From: Eledone cirrhosa
Lineage: Eukaryota
Direction: 5' to 3'
Length of the DNA: 64,000 nt
Assembly: GCA_964016885.1 (NCBI GenBank)
Contig: OZ024750.1
Coordinates: forward strand, 15,810,001-15,874,000
The notes below the pieces were generated by a model, which ran no database searches, was not told where the DNA came from, and was given only the letters and a program-made list of their open reading frames with translations. A program made the translations under genes and the position numbers. Positions 52,064 through 64,000 of the stretch are shown piece by piece; the stretch's first letter is position 1; every line of letters begins with the position of its first letter.

Positions 52064-55000
52064 GGATGGTAGAGGTGCTTAATCCTTTCATTACCATATT
52101 TCTAATGAAAGATACTGCCTTATGATTTTCAAAGAATTTTGAAAATTATCAATTATTTGGATAGATTTAGTGACATAACTTAGTGGTGGTGGTGTTTAAA
52201 CTGGGCAACAGAGTAGATTCTGTTAAAGGTACCCCAGGGCCCAGGTGGTGGTGGTGTTAAACCTGGACACAATTAATGTTGGCATCATTTCAAATGAGAA
52301 ACATGGTAAAATAGATGTAACTAATGGTGGAATGTGTTTAAAAACGAGTCAGACCAGTTTATTAATTGGGAGAAATCTAATCAATATCTATGAACACATC
52401 TATGGTTTTAATATCAATAGACAAGTCACAGAGTAATTGGTGATGAGTAGAGATAAGACAGTGGCTCAAAGGTTTGGACTCATATGAAATGTATTTAATG
52501 CTATATAGGAAAAGAAAGGTGCCGATCGTCAGATTGCCCAAAGAAACAATGTTTCTATTGGTCTTTCCATTGCTGATACAACCTGCCGGTTACAGCTCCT
52601 GGCAAAAGAAAGGAGTTGATCAATTAGATTGGACCAAGGAAACAATGTTTCTATTGTTTTTTTCCATTGTTGATACACTCTGCTGGTTACAACTCCTGTC
52701 CCCATTCCACATTTCTTTGTCCATCTTCAGTTCCTACATAAGTTCCAGGCCAGTGCCTGCTTCAGGTTGTCAATGTATGTGACATGACATCCACCACACT
52801 TTTGTTCATTTTCCATTTTCATCTTCAGTTCCTGGATAGAATCTAGGTGACTATCCTACTTTATGTTGTCAATGTATGTGACATGACATCCACCACACTT
52901 TTATGTCCATCACTGTCATTATCAGTTCCTGGATAGATAAATCCCCGGCCAGTATCCTGATTCAGGTTGTTAATGTATGTGACATGATATCCATCAGTTT
53001 CCCACTGCATGTTGTGGATCCCACTAGATCTCATTGACATTTCTTTTTCAGAATTCCATGCGGATTGTCCCGAGAGACAGGGTCAACATTCTCTGATCTT
53101 TCCACTTACTTTTAGTCAGTTTCCATGCAGCCAACCATTGTCATGAGTTGCTGCCACTTCACATTAATCACTAAGTATATATTATCTGTTAAGTTTATAA
53201 ATATATTAATCTAAGTTGTTGAATATATTTGCTTAATCTTTGTTAAATCTAAACGATTGACATAGGACTACTACTGTCTCTTCAGATAAACTGTGGACTC
53301 ATTTCAAAAATTACTAACTTTCAACATCATCATCATCATCTTACAGCCATCTTTCCATGTTGGCAATGATTAGACAGACCAAGCCAGGGAAACATATCTC
53401 ATTCAGATACATTCCATTTTGGCATGGTTTCTACAGCTGTATGCCCTTTCTAATGTCAACTACTTTACAGAGTGTACTGGGTATATTTTAACATCATGTT
53501 CTTGATATGACTGAAGAATCTTCTCTACTTTTTTGGCATGGTTTCTTCAGTTGGATGCCTTTCCTAATAATAACCACTTTAAAAAGTGTACTGGGTGTAT
53601 TTTATTATGGTACCAGCACTAGCACATTACAGAGAGTACTAGGCGCATTTTATCATAACGCTACTAGATAGGTTGTGCCACTGCTATAACTGAAAAGTTC
53701 TCTATACTCTATGTTGTAACTATTCAAGTGCCCCTTTTTTTATATGACGATGGTCTTACACTGAGGCAAGCATGGGTCAGCTTTCTTGGTAACATTGTTT
53801 CCTTGGTCCAATCTAATGATCAACTCCTTTCTTCTGCCAGGAATTGTAATCGGCAGATTGTATCAGTGTCCGGCAGCATACTTTGTGGCATATAGTTATG
53901 TCCCTTTATGTTCTGAGTTCAAATCTCACCTTGGTCAACCGTCTTTCATCCTTCCACCAGTTAAGCACTAGGGTTGATATAATCAACTTTCCCCTTGCCC
54001 TAAATTGCTGGCCTTCTACCAATGTTATAAAGAATAATTAACTTTTTTGTTACCATATTTCTAATGGTAGGCTACCTAAGGTTTTCAAATAATTTTGAAA
54101 ACAATCAAGAATTTAGAAGGATTTAGTAATATAAACTGACTTTCTCATTATCAAGCTGGTGTTTGGAACATAAAGATTCTTACATAAAATTATAAGAGTA
54201 GGCTTTGAGATAAATATCAACATTTTAACCCTTTTATTATCATATTTCTAATGAAAGACATTGCCTATGTTTTTCAAATAATCAAGAATTTGGAGGGATT
54301 TAGTAATAAGTAACTTCTTTCATTATTAAGCTGGTATTCGGAACATAACTTAAAGGTTCTTACATAAAATTATGATAGGTTTCCTATTGTAGAACCAAGA
54401 ATGGTTTCAAGCTGTTTGGTATTAAAATGGTTAAATATGATAATGGAACCTTGTGTGAATTATTTTAAAATCTGAATATATTCACCATATAATTGGCGAT
54501 GTTCCAACAATACTTTCTAACATTCCATCTTTTTTCATTCATCTCAAACAATTAGTGAAAACAAATGTTTTTGATAATAAACATATTTTACAGTTTATAT
54601 TCATTAAAAAATTATTCACTACACCCTACCACTGTTTCTATTCTACTATTCCATGATATTATTGTCTCTCTTCCATTACCTCATACTGTCACTATTCCTC
54701 TTACACTACTCCCCTCCATCATTCTCTCTCATTACACCTTGCCATCACTGTCTCTCTTTCATTGTACACTGCCATCAATGTTTATATTCCTCCACACTAC
54801 TCCCTCATCACAGTCTCTCTTCCATTACGCCCTTTCATCACAATGTATCTTCCATTACCCCCTCTAGAAACTCCCTCTCTTCTATTATTAACCTTTCCAG
54901 CATGCAACAAAGTTGATCTCGATAGGATTTGAGCTCCAAACATAAAGAGTCATAACAAATACCACCACAAAGTATTTGGTCCAATGTTCCAATGATTTTG

Positions 55001-55664
55001 ACAATCAACTGTCCAGAAAAACAACTTTATAATAAGAAACTTATATTACTAAATCTTTCCAAAGACAGAAAAAAAATGAAATGAATTGGGAAATATATAT
55101 AATATTGCCTTAGATCCCCCAACCATCGATTATAAAATAAGATGTATAATTAGGTAGTACAGCTTGGTCCCGTAACTCCTAATAGAGTCGTAGGGGCACT
55201 GTATTGACATACAGAATTTTTTGGGTATTTTAAACCTGGTAGAACCTATCCCTCTCCAAGCCTGAGAACAGCAGATTTCTTCCAGAGAGAGAAAGAATCA
55301 ACCCCAGTACTAGAGTGGTACTTTTTTTTATTGACATCGAAAGGATGAAAGGCAAAGTTGACCTTGGCAGGATTTGAACTCGGGGCAGAGAGCCAGAATG
55401 AATAGCATAAAGCATTCTATTCAACATTCTAATAACTCTGCCAATTCACTGCCTATATGTAGTACAGTACATATAAACCTTTCTCCACCCCAGTCATATA
55501 TAGGTCTCCAAGTTATGTCCATATTGACATTCAACCACATGGTTGGAACAGAATGTGGTCATAAGTCAGGGACTATTTGTATAGCCATATTTGGTAAGTA
55601 AATATAGTCTGAATTGTCTAAATTTATCTGTTGAAAGGGCAGCAATTTGAATCAACAAAAGATT

Positions 55665-55677
55665 GTTGCTTAGCAAC
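55665..55677. promoter_or_regulatory. X-box-like palindrome upstream of the LITAF-like gene
   Basis: GTTGCTTAGCAAC, with a forkhead-like TGTTTAC about 50 bp away. Confidence 0.3.
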
Positions 55678-55913
55678 AGAATATTACTTTATAGAGAATG
55701 TTATAGAAATTAATTAACTGTTTTCTTGTTTACAACACCTGACAGGTAATATAAGACAAAAAAAAAAAAAAAATTTAATGCTCTAAACAAGATAATTTGC
55801 CAGAAGGAAAACAATGGAGAAATTTTCAACAGTGATGTTTGTATTGGACATGAACTTGAGAACAGACCTTGTCTAACATTCTAACATTGCAGGACTATTT
55901 ATTGGTTTATTGA

Positions 55914-56116
55914 TTATATATATATATGATATATATATATATGATATATATATATATAAAGATATATATATATAAAGATATGATATATATATATAAAGAT
56001 ATATATATATATATATATATAAAAAGATATATATATAAAGATATATATATATATATATATATAAAGATATATATATATATATATATATAAAGATATATAT
56101 ATATATATATATATAA

Positions 56117-56152
<36 letters not shown>

Positions 56153-56480
56153 ATATATATATATGATATATATATAAAGATATATATATATGATATATAT
56201 ATATATATGATATATATATATATGATATATATATATATATGATACATATATATATGATATATATATATATGATATATATATATATAAAGATATATATATA
56301 TATAAAGATATATATATATATGATATATATATATATATGATATATATATATATGATATATATATATATGATATATATATATATAAAGATATATATATATA
56401 TGATATATATATATATGATATATATATATATGATATATATATATATGATATATATATATATATAAAGATATATATATATA

Positions 56481-56522
<42 letters not shown>

Positions 56523-56781
56523 ATATATATATATATATATGATATAGATATATATATAATATATATATGATATAGATATATATATAATATATATATGATA
56601 TAGATATATATATAATATATATATGATATAGATATATATATAATATATATATGATATATATATATATCATATATATATAAAGATATATATAAAGATATAT
56701 ATATAAAGATATATAAAGATATATATATATAAAGATATATATATATATATAAAGATATATATATAAAGATATATATATATA
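55914..56781. repeat. (TA)n satellite interrupted by GA/AAAG
   Basis: Read directly. Confidence 0.95.
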
Positions 56782-56934
56782 TCATCATCATCATCATCAT
56801 CATCAGGTTTAGCATCCGTGTTCCACGCTTGCATGGGTTTGGACGGGGGTTTTCCCACTTGAGGCAAGAGTGGTTGTCTTGCCCATATATATATATATAT
56901 GTAAATATATTAAAAAAAATATATATATATAGGA

Positions 56935-57750
56935 AATGACGATGGGGTAGGTTGTGTAGGCATTCTGCTCACTGAGATGTGGATAGATGAAGTGGTAGAG
57001 GTAGTAAGAGTGACGTAATTATCAAACTTAGAATAGCTGTGGGAAATAGAATGGTGACAATTACATCTACCTTCGCACCACAGGCAGGGCTGAGTAAAGA
57101 ACAAAAGGACAGGTTCTATGTGGAACCTTTACTGAACTATTGATGAGAAAGACTTTATCATCTTGGCAAGTGACTTCAATGGACATGTTGGATAGTATCG
57201 GGATGGATTCACTGGAGTTTCATGGTTAGGGCTCAAAAAGTGAAGAGGAAATTCTGTGCTGCAAATGAACTAACCATTTGCAACACAAATTTCAGGAAAC
57301 TGGCTAGTCATCTGATCAGGCGAATACACAAGCCAGATTGATTTCTTACTTGTAAGATGAGATAGATGTACTGAAAGATAGATAAATGCTAAGGCCGTCC
57401 TTGGGGAAGAATGTGCTGCCCAACACAAGCTAGTTATTATTGACATCAGATTAAACACAAGACAGAACAAGATACACAGGAAAACAGAGACAGAGGGCTT
57501 GGAAGTTAAAGGACGTTTCAATTAAATATAGGTTTAGAAAGGCCCTACAGGATGCAATAGATGAGAGGGATGACAAGCTAGGTACATATAACATAAAAGA
57601 CACTGGGAAATTCCTACATGATAACCTTTTGACTGACAAGACTTGTGGCTGGAGTAAAGCACCAGCTAAACAGAGGGTGACCTAGTGGTGGAACAGCACA
57701 GTGAATAGAGACACTAAAGCCAAGAGACAGGCGTGGAAAGACTGGGAAAA
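56935..57750 (+). mobile_element. Decayed RTE LINE endonuclease region
   Basis: Relics of FAPQAG, ASDFNGHVG, CNTNFRK, SQIDFLLV and GEECAAQHKLV. Confidence 0.75.
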
Positions 57751-58399
57751 TAGGGGTAGGATGAGGAGGAGGGGGATGAGAAAAAGAAAAAGAATATATT
57801 TTCTATCATCTTCAGTACACCACACGCATATTTTTGAAAGAGGACTAGGAGTGGAGAATAGAGAAAGATTAAATCTCTATAAAAGTCTATTGTGTTACAA
57901 ATATGGCCCTACTTTAGATGACATCTACCATCCATAAAGTAAAACAATATATTTTGTTACATTTTTTCTTTAGGAAAAAAAAATTGTTATTATTCAGTTG
58001 TATAAAATAAATAACATTACAAATATACACTAAGTTGGCTTAACCCTTTAGCATTTAAACCAGCTGTATCCAGCCAGAATTCTCTCACTTCTTTCAAACC
58101 AGCTGCTCATACTGATCTTAAGGTATTGTTCTCAAAATAAATAATATCAAAATCTCATAGATTCCATATTATGTGATAATTAAATGAGGTAAAGACTTTA
58201 CCATGGAAATATAATAGTATATATAGAGTAATGTAAATGATGATTACATAGATATGAAAAAGAAAGACAAAAGCAAAATTAAGTAATGAGAAAATGTGGA
58301 AGGGGTAAAGAAGGGTAAATCTGGCTGTATGGGAAAATAGAGGAAAGGACTATGAAAGCCATAAATGAGAGGACAAAACTGCAAGAGCATTTCTGTGGA

Positions 58400-58860
58400 C
58401 AATGGCCAGCAACACCCACCCCACCTCACAAGGCTCCTTCCTCACACGGGCTGCTGATGTTTTGATCTTGCAGTACAGGGTCCGAGTATGCCAGAAGTCT
58501 TGACAGCGACCGGTGCAAAGAAGAAGCAGCTGGACAATGCCTGGTATCTGTGTCTTCCTTTCCTCTTCATTGCAGGTCGCAATAACAGGGTTTGTAGCCA
58601 AAGCGACTAAGTTGTAGGCTGAGAATGTATCACAACAAGAGGTGTCCTAGATGAAGGATCTACCTCCTTCAAATGGGAGTGCTAGCCGTGTCTGCGGTCG
58701 AGGTCTGCTGGCTCCAGTTATGATGGGAAGCCAGCTGCATCCAGGCGCCTTCTCAATATACTGTTGAGAGTGGCATGTCGTAGAAACTGACCTGCACTCT
58801 GGTGGCATGACAGTGGGTGCAGGCCAAACTTGTCAACGACAGCCCCACAATGGCATTTAT
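58400..58860 (-). mobile_element. CRE-like non-LTR retrotransposon C-terminal relic
   Basis: KCHCGAVVDKFGLHPLSC...LRHATLNSILRRRLDAAGFPS*LEPADLDR...*DTSCCDTFSA: zinc knuckle plus restriction-like endonuclease. Confidence 0.65.
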
Positions 58861-58913
58861 TAAAGAAATAAATAATTCATTTTAATAAACACCTCAAAAT
58901 TCTTCATTAATTA

Positions 58914-59081
58914 CCGTATTTCCGGTGCCAAAGATGCTTCGTCCTCGAGCACGCAACCTCATTTTGACAACCAAAAATTTGAAAAAAAAATAATAAACAA
59001 CCTTCAGCCTCCAGGATGCATGGTAGATTTTTGAGACTTATTTTAGGAAAAAAGTAGCGTCTTCAATGCTGGGAAATATGG
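58914..59081. mobile_element. Tc1/mariner-superfamily (Tc2/pogo-like) MITE
   Basis: TA-CCGTATTTCC...GGAAATATGG-TA. Confidence 0.65.
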
Positions 59082-59332
59082 TAATTGAAATAGAATTTCT
59101 TTGGAAATATAATCAAGGAATGGTTAAATGATGAAGTACCAGTTCCATATCTAAGAATATCTCTTGATACTACAATTGGATGTCCTAAAAACAGCTTCAC
59201 TACATTTACTGTGACGTCTTCACCAAACTAGGACGCCCGTCTCTTATGAAATGTCAACCTTATAACAATGTGATTTTGTGCGCTGACACAAATTTTAGAA
59301 TATCATTATTTATATATATATATATATTTATA

Positions 59333-59430
59333 AAGGGTGTATAAAAAAGAATCATCCAATTACAAAAGGCTATATTGTTTTAAACAAATGAACATATAAT
59401 CATGCAGATGATTCATTTTGATACACCCTG
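59333..59430. mobile_element. Mariner-like MITE
   Basis: TA-aAGGGTGTATAAAAA...TTTTGATACACCCTG-TA. Confidence 0.6.
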
Positions 59431-59477
<47 letters not shown>

Positions 59478-59556
59478 GTTCAAGGAAACAACATATATAT
59501 ATATTATAATGAAATGACAGGAGGCTGGACTTGTGTAAATCCTTGAAAGGTTTATT

Positions 59557-59614
59557 ATACTATGATCATTTCAATGACCGGGTTCCGTATGAATCCGGTG
59601 ATATCATCAGGTAT
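59557..59614 (-). ncRNA. Minimal hammerhead ribozyme motif
   Basis: Minus strand reads atac-CTGATGA-tatcaccggattc-atacg-gaacccggtcatt-GAAA-TGATCA-TA-gtat; palindromic stem III (ATGATCAT) and stem I atac/gtat. Confidence 0.55.
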
Positions 59615-61599
59615 TCGAAAGTACTCTCCATATTATTACATTAAGATTGACCATGCGGAATTGACCAGTTCTATCCAGTGGTGAACCTCAAACCTGAATA
59701 TATATATATATGATACAGAATATCAAACCACTTAAAATTGTCCCTTAATAATGAGAACATTAATTACATTTCTAAATCCCTCCAAATATTAGCTTATTTT
59801 CAAAGTGATTTGAAATTTGTACACAGAACTTTCATTATTTGATGTTAAGTGAGTTATTTATTGGAGAGGTTTCATGACCAATCCTCTTGGTTTTTTTTTA
59901 CCTTATTAATGTATATATGATATTTATACAAATGTTGACCTGTTATCTGTGAAATAAACTGGTCAACTTTGATATGAGGTCTCTGGAAAATTCCAGAATT
60001 TTTTTGTCCAAAAATAGGGTATCGACTTTTACATGAGATTACATGACTATTACTCTAGTATATACGGTGTGTGTGTGTGTGTGTGTATATATATACACAC
60101 ATATAAATATATACACATATATATATATATATATATATACATACATACAGAGAAAATAGTAGCTTATTTGAAAGCTACCACAATGTGAATTGGATGATAA
60201 ATATGATAGTTATAGGAGGTGAATTGGCTGTGTTGTTAGGGTAGTTGGATAGAATTCGTGCAGTATTCATTCTGGATTTCTGCACGCTGAGTTCTAAATG
60301 GACACAGCATAGCCGAATGGTCAAGGGTTCAATCACACTATGTGACATCTTGGGCAAGTGTCATTTACTATAATAGGCAATCCATGGCTTGTGAGTGAAA
60401 ATGGGTAGCCAAAAACTGTTTAGAAACCCATCAGATAGACTGTAGTTGCAGTTCAAAAGACTAGCTTAGTTATACACTGTGTCACACTGTGTTTCACCGA
60501 AAATTATGTTACATGTGTCTGTGGAATGGTCAGTAATTAATTTCATGAGCAGGTTGTTTTGCTGACCAAACAAATTGAACACTCATCATCGAAGCCGATG
60601 GAAGCTGATTCAATCCGGAAGAAAATGCCAGATGTATAGTGGTGAATAGTGGTCTACTACACTATATTAAATACACAGCTAATGAAAGAATGTTTTGTGT
60701 GGAATGACGTAAATGATTTATTTAGGCCAAGGTGTGTATATTTTAAACAATAAAGTTCATCCATTCAAATCAAAGCAAAACTATTCTCTGGTCTGGTCTG
60801 GATTACTTTATTAACAACTTACTATACAGCCCATCTAACATAGCATCTATGTATTTTGTTATCAGTTTGTATGTGTGTATACATGTATGTGTGTAAATTT
60901 AAATACACCCATACATACACATACATATATATATATATATATACATATATAATTATACCTAATGATTACGAAGAGAAGATTCAGCCATGCTGTATCCATA
61001 GAAAAGTCATAGAACATTAAATACTACAACAGGAGGGCAGGAGGTTCAATTAAATGTAAGAATTGCTTGGAGCTGGTGTAGTAATGCCTCAACGTCAGCA
61101 GTCTTGCTATTTTCAATTTGGTAATGCATAGAGCTACGGCCCTTGCCATTCTGAGTTCAAATCCCGCCGGGGTTAACTTTGCCTTTCATCCTTACGAGGT
61201 CGATAAAATAAAGTACCAGTAATGCACTGGGGTAATTGCTGGCCTTGTGCCTATATCAGAAACCATTATTATCCAGTAATGCACTGGGGTAATTGCTGGC
61301 CTTGTGCCAAAAGTATAAACCATTATTATTATAATATATAAATATGCATATTCTGTATCTATCATTATTGTGATATATGTGTGGCTACTGCCTTCGGTCG
61401 TTTCTCTCGGTGACACTGTAACTGTTGTGTTTATTCTGGTCAATAATCAATAATGTATTAACTTTTTGCTCTATTGAGTGCTTTGTAATTGCCTCAAATA
61501 ACTCGAATAGTACCTACTGTACAACTTTGGTTTATACCTTATATATATATACACAGCAGGTACTATATATATATATAACGCACCAGATACTTAGGGTAG

Positions 61600-61693
61600 T
61601 AGGAAAAGAGTCAGGACCCCGACAGCTGAGCTCCGGCCGTTTCGACAGCTTGAAACAGCCGGAGCTCAACCGTCGGGGTCCTGACTCTTTTCC

Positions 61694-61695
<2 letters not shown>
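61600..61695. repeat. 96-bp GC-rich palindrome (46-bp arms, 4-nt loop)
   Basis: taggaaaagagtcaggaccccgac...gtcggggtcctgactcttttccta with 4 internal mismatches. Confidence 0.9.
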
Positions 61696-61724
<29 letters not shown>

Positions 61725-61785
61725 TATATATATACATACATACATGCATACATACATACATACATACATACATACACAGAGAGAG

Positions 61786-61835
<50 letters not shown>

Positions 61836-61904
61836 TGTGATTTCAGTACAAGGGCAGCAATTTGAGGACGAAGTTGATTATATATCTTAAGTATAGTCAT
61901 TTGG

Positions 61905-62145
61905 TACCCAGTAAGGGTAATTAGACTCTTACCAAGGTAGAGATGATCCTCTTCTGAGTATCCAGCATCACTTGGTATCGATACCTACCAGATGGGCATG
62001 AATACGAGAAGCGATAGTTAAACTTGAGCGAGTGGTTGAACCACTCCTCGAGTCTTGACTTAGAAATGTTGACTGCGGGTGCGTCAACTGTTTCTTGTTT
62101 GAGTTTGTTCCAGTGGTGGATTGTAAGTGCAGAAAGGAAATGACA
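61905..62145 (-). mobile_element. CR1-type LINE 3' end
   Basis: HFLSALTIHHWNKLKQETVDAPAVNISKSRLE matches the CR1 ORF2 C-terminal pattern. Confidence 0.65.
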
Positions 62146-62436
62146 AACTAGTATTTTATTGAAAAGCAAATGTACTTTATGGCAATAATAAATGCTATAA
62201 TTTCTAAGGAAATGTTTACATGCGCCCTAATCATCCATTCTTTAGCAAATAACTTATGGCCATAGACATGATATATGAAAGAGTTATAAGTATATCAAAT
62301 TAGTAGGATATATTTATGTACATATATTTATGTATATAACAATAATAATCTGAACTATTTTCTCAATAGAATGACGATACAAGAAGAAAGCAAAATTAGT
62401 TTAAATTATTCAATTTTGTTAGCTAAGTTAAAAAAT

Positions 62437-63168
62437 AATAACTGTTTCTACTTTTGGTACAAGGCCAGCAATTACCCAGTGTATTACTGGTACTTTATTT
62501 TATCGACCCTGTAAGGATGAAAGGCAAAGTTAACCTCGGCGGGATTTGAACTCAGACCGTAAAGGGACGTAACTATGCTGGAAAGCATGGTGTCCGACTC
62601 TCTACCGAAACTGCCAATCCACAAAAAATAATAATTGTTTCTACTTTAGGCACAAGGCCAGCAATTACTGGTACTTTATTTTATCGACCCCGTAAGGATG
62701 AAAGGCAAAGTTAACCTCGGCGGGATTTGAACTCAGACCGTAAAGGGACGTAACTATGCTGGAAAGCATGGTGTCCGACTCTCTACCGAAACTGCCAATC
62801 CACAAAAAATAATAATTGTTTCTACTTTAGGCACAAGGCCAGCAATTACTGGTACTTTATTTTATCGACCCCGTAAGGATGAAAGGCAAAGTTAACCTCG
62901 GCGGGATTTGAACTCAGACCGTAAAGGGACGTAACTATGCTTCAAAGCATGGTGTCCGACTCTCTACCGAAACTGCCAATCCACAAAAAATAATAATTGT
63001 TTCTACTTTAGGCACAAGGCCAGCAATTACTGGTACTTTATTTTATCGACCCCGTAAGGATGAAAGGCAAAGTTAACCTCGGCGGGATTTGAACTCAGAT
63101 CGTAAAGGGACGTAACTATGCTGGAAAGCATGGCGTCCGACCCTCTACCGATACTGCCAATCCACCGC
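62437..63168 (-). mobile_element. Head-to-tail array of four Meta-type SINEs (181-bp period)
   Basis: ctgccaatcc recurs at 62611, 62792, 62973 and 63154. Confidence 0.92.
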
Positions 63169-63461
63169 TCACGGTACTTTTATAATAATGTTTTTGATTT
63201 AGGCACAAGGCCAGCAGTTGTTTGGATTTGGGAGTTGGTTATATTGACAGATTACCGAACTGTAGGGGCGGTGGAACTGGTGGGCCCAGGGAGTCCATGA
63301 TTCCCTCCCTCAATAATTATATATTTTCTCCCAAAACTACCAAAACACACATCTATTTGTATATGCGCTACAATTTATGCACATGTTATGTTTATCTCAT
63401 ATTGAGGTTTTTTTTTATATCTTGGGTGATATTTGATAATATATTATGTTAACCTTGATAG

Positions 63462-64000
63462 TGGAAAACTGCCAGTGTAATTCCTCTGTTCAAAAAGGGT
63501 GACCGCACATCACCTGTGAACTATCGTCCAGTCAGTCTTACTAGTTGCATCGCCAAACTGATGGAATCCTGTGTCAGAGAAACACTTTGGAACTTCTGGA
63601 GCTCTCACAGTCTTATCCGGCCTTCGCAATTTGGATTTATCCCCAACTCCAGCTGCTGTGATCAACTTATAGAGTTTCTTGAGGACATCACCCGGATCAC
63701 TGATGGCGGCTCATGGGTGGATGTTGTTTACCTTGACTTTGCGAAGGACTTCAATTCTGTGCCGCACAAAAGGCTTATGGCAAAACTCTCTGCAATGGGT
63801 GTGAAGGATGATCTTTTTAACTGGTTGAAGTCCTTCATTCTCAGTCGAAGAGAGGTAGTCACGGTTCTGGGACAGCATTCCTCACCATATGAGATGTCAT
63901 CTGGTGTACCTCAGGGATCTGTTCTTGGCCCCCTTTTGTTTGTGGCATATATTAATGACATAGATGCCAACTTAAGGAATGCCACAGTACTAAAGTACGC
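63462..64000 (+). mobile_element. CR1-clade LINE reverse transcriptase, 5'-truncated, runs off the window
   Basis: Open frame WKTASVIPLFKKGDR...NYRPVSLTS...QFGF...VYLDFAKDFNSVPH...SGVPQGSVLGPLLFVAYIND...LKYA. Confidence 0.93.

Noticed and set aside
55873-56867. Ile/Tyr-rich ORFs (also near 20551, 21587 and 43564)
   Set aside because: Translations of (TA)n repeats.

Overview
AT-rich, repeat-dense animal genomic DNA. The SINE/LINE repertoire and AT microsatellites resemble octopus; this is an inference. There are no prokaryotic features and no CRISPR. Four spliced genes were reconstructed by hand from GT-AG exons with consistent phase. (1) The last two exons of a calmodulin-like EF-hand gene (+, 2352-4353). 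(2) A complete 7-exon thymidine kinase 1-like gene (-, 6819-13667) that keeps the P-loop, zinc site and KEN boxes but has lost most thymidine-binding and catalytic residues. (3) Head-to-head with it, a 12-exon CCDC96/CFAP184 gene (+, 14011-32348) with an RFX X-box at its start and a 2.3-kb in-frame Gly/Ala/Asp repeat exon. (4) A LITAF/CDIP1-like gene (-, 38839-51701) with four proline-rich microexons. The rest consists of RTE, CR1, R4-like and CRE-like LINE fragments, Meta- and CORE-type SINEs, piggyBac-, hAT- and Tc1/mariner-type MITEs, mini/microsatellites and several Penelope-type hammerhead ribozyme motifs. Most long ORFs in the supplied track are translations of simple repeats.
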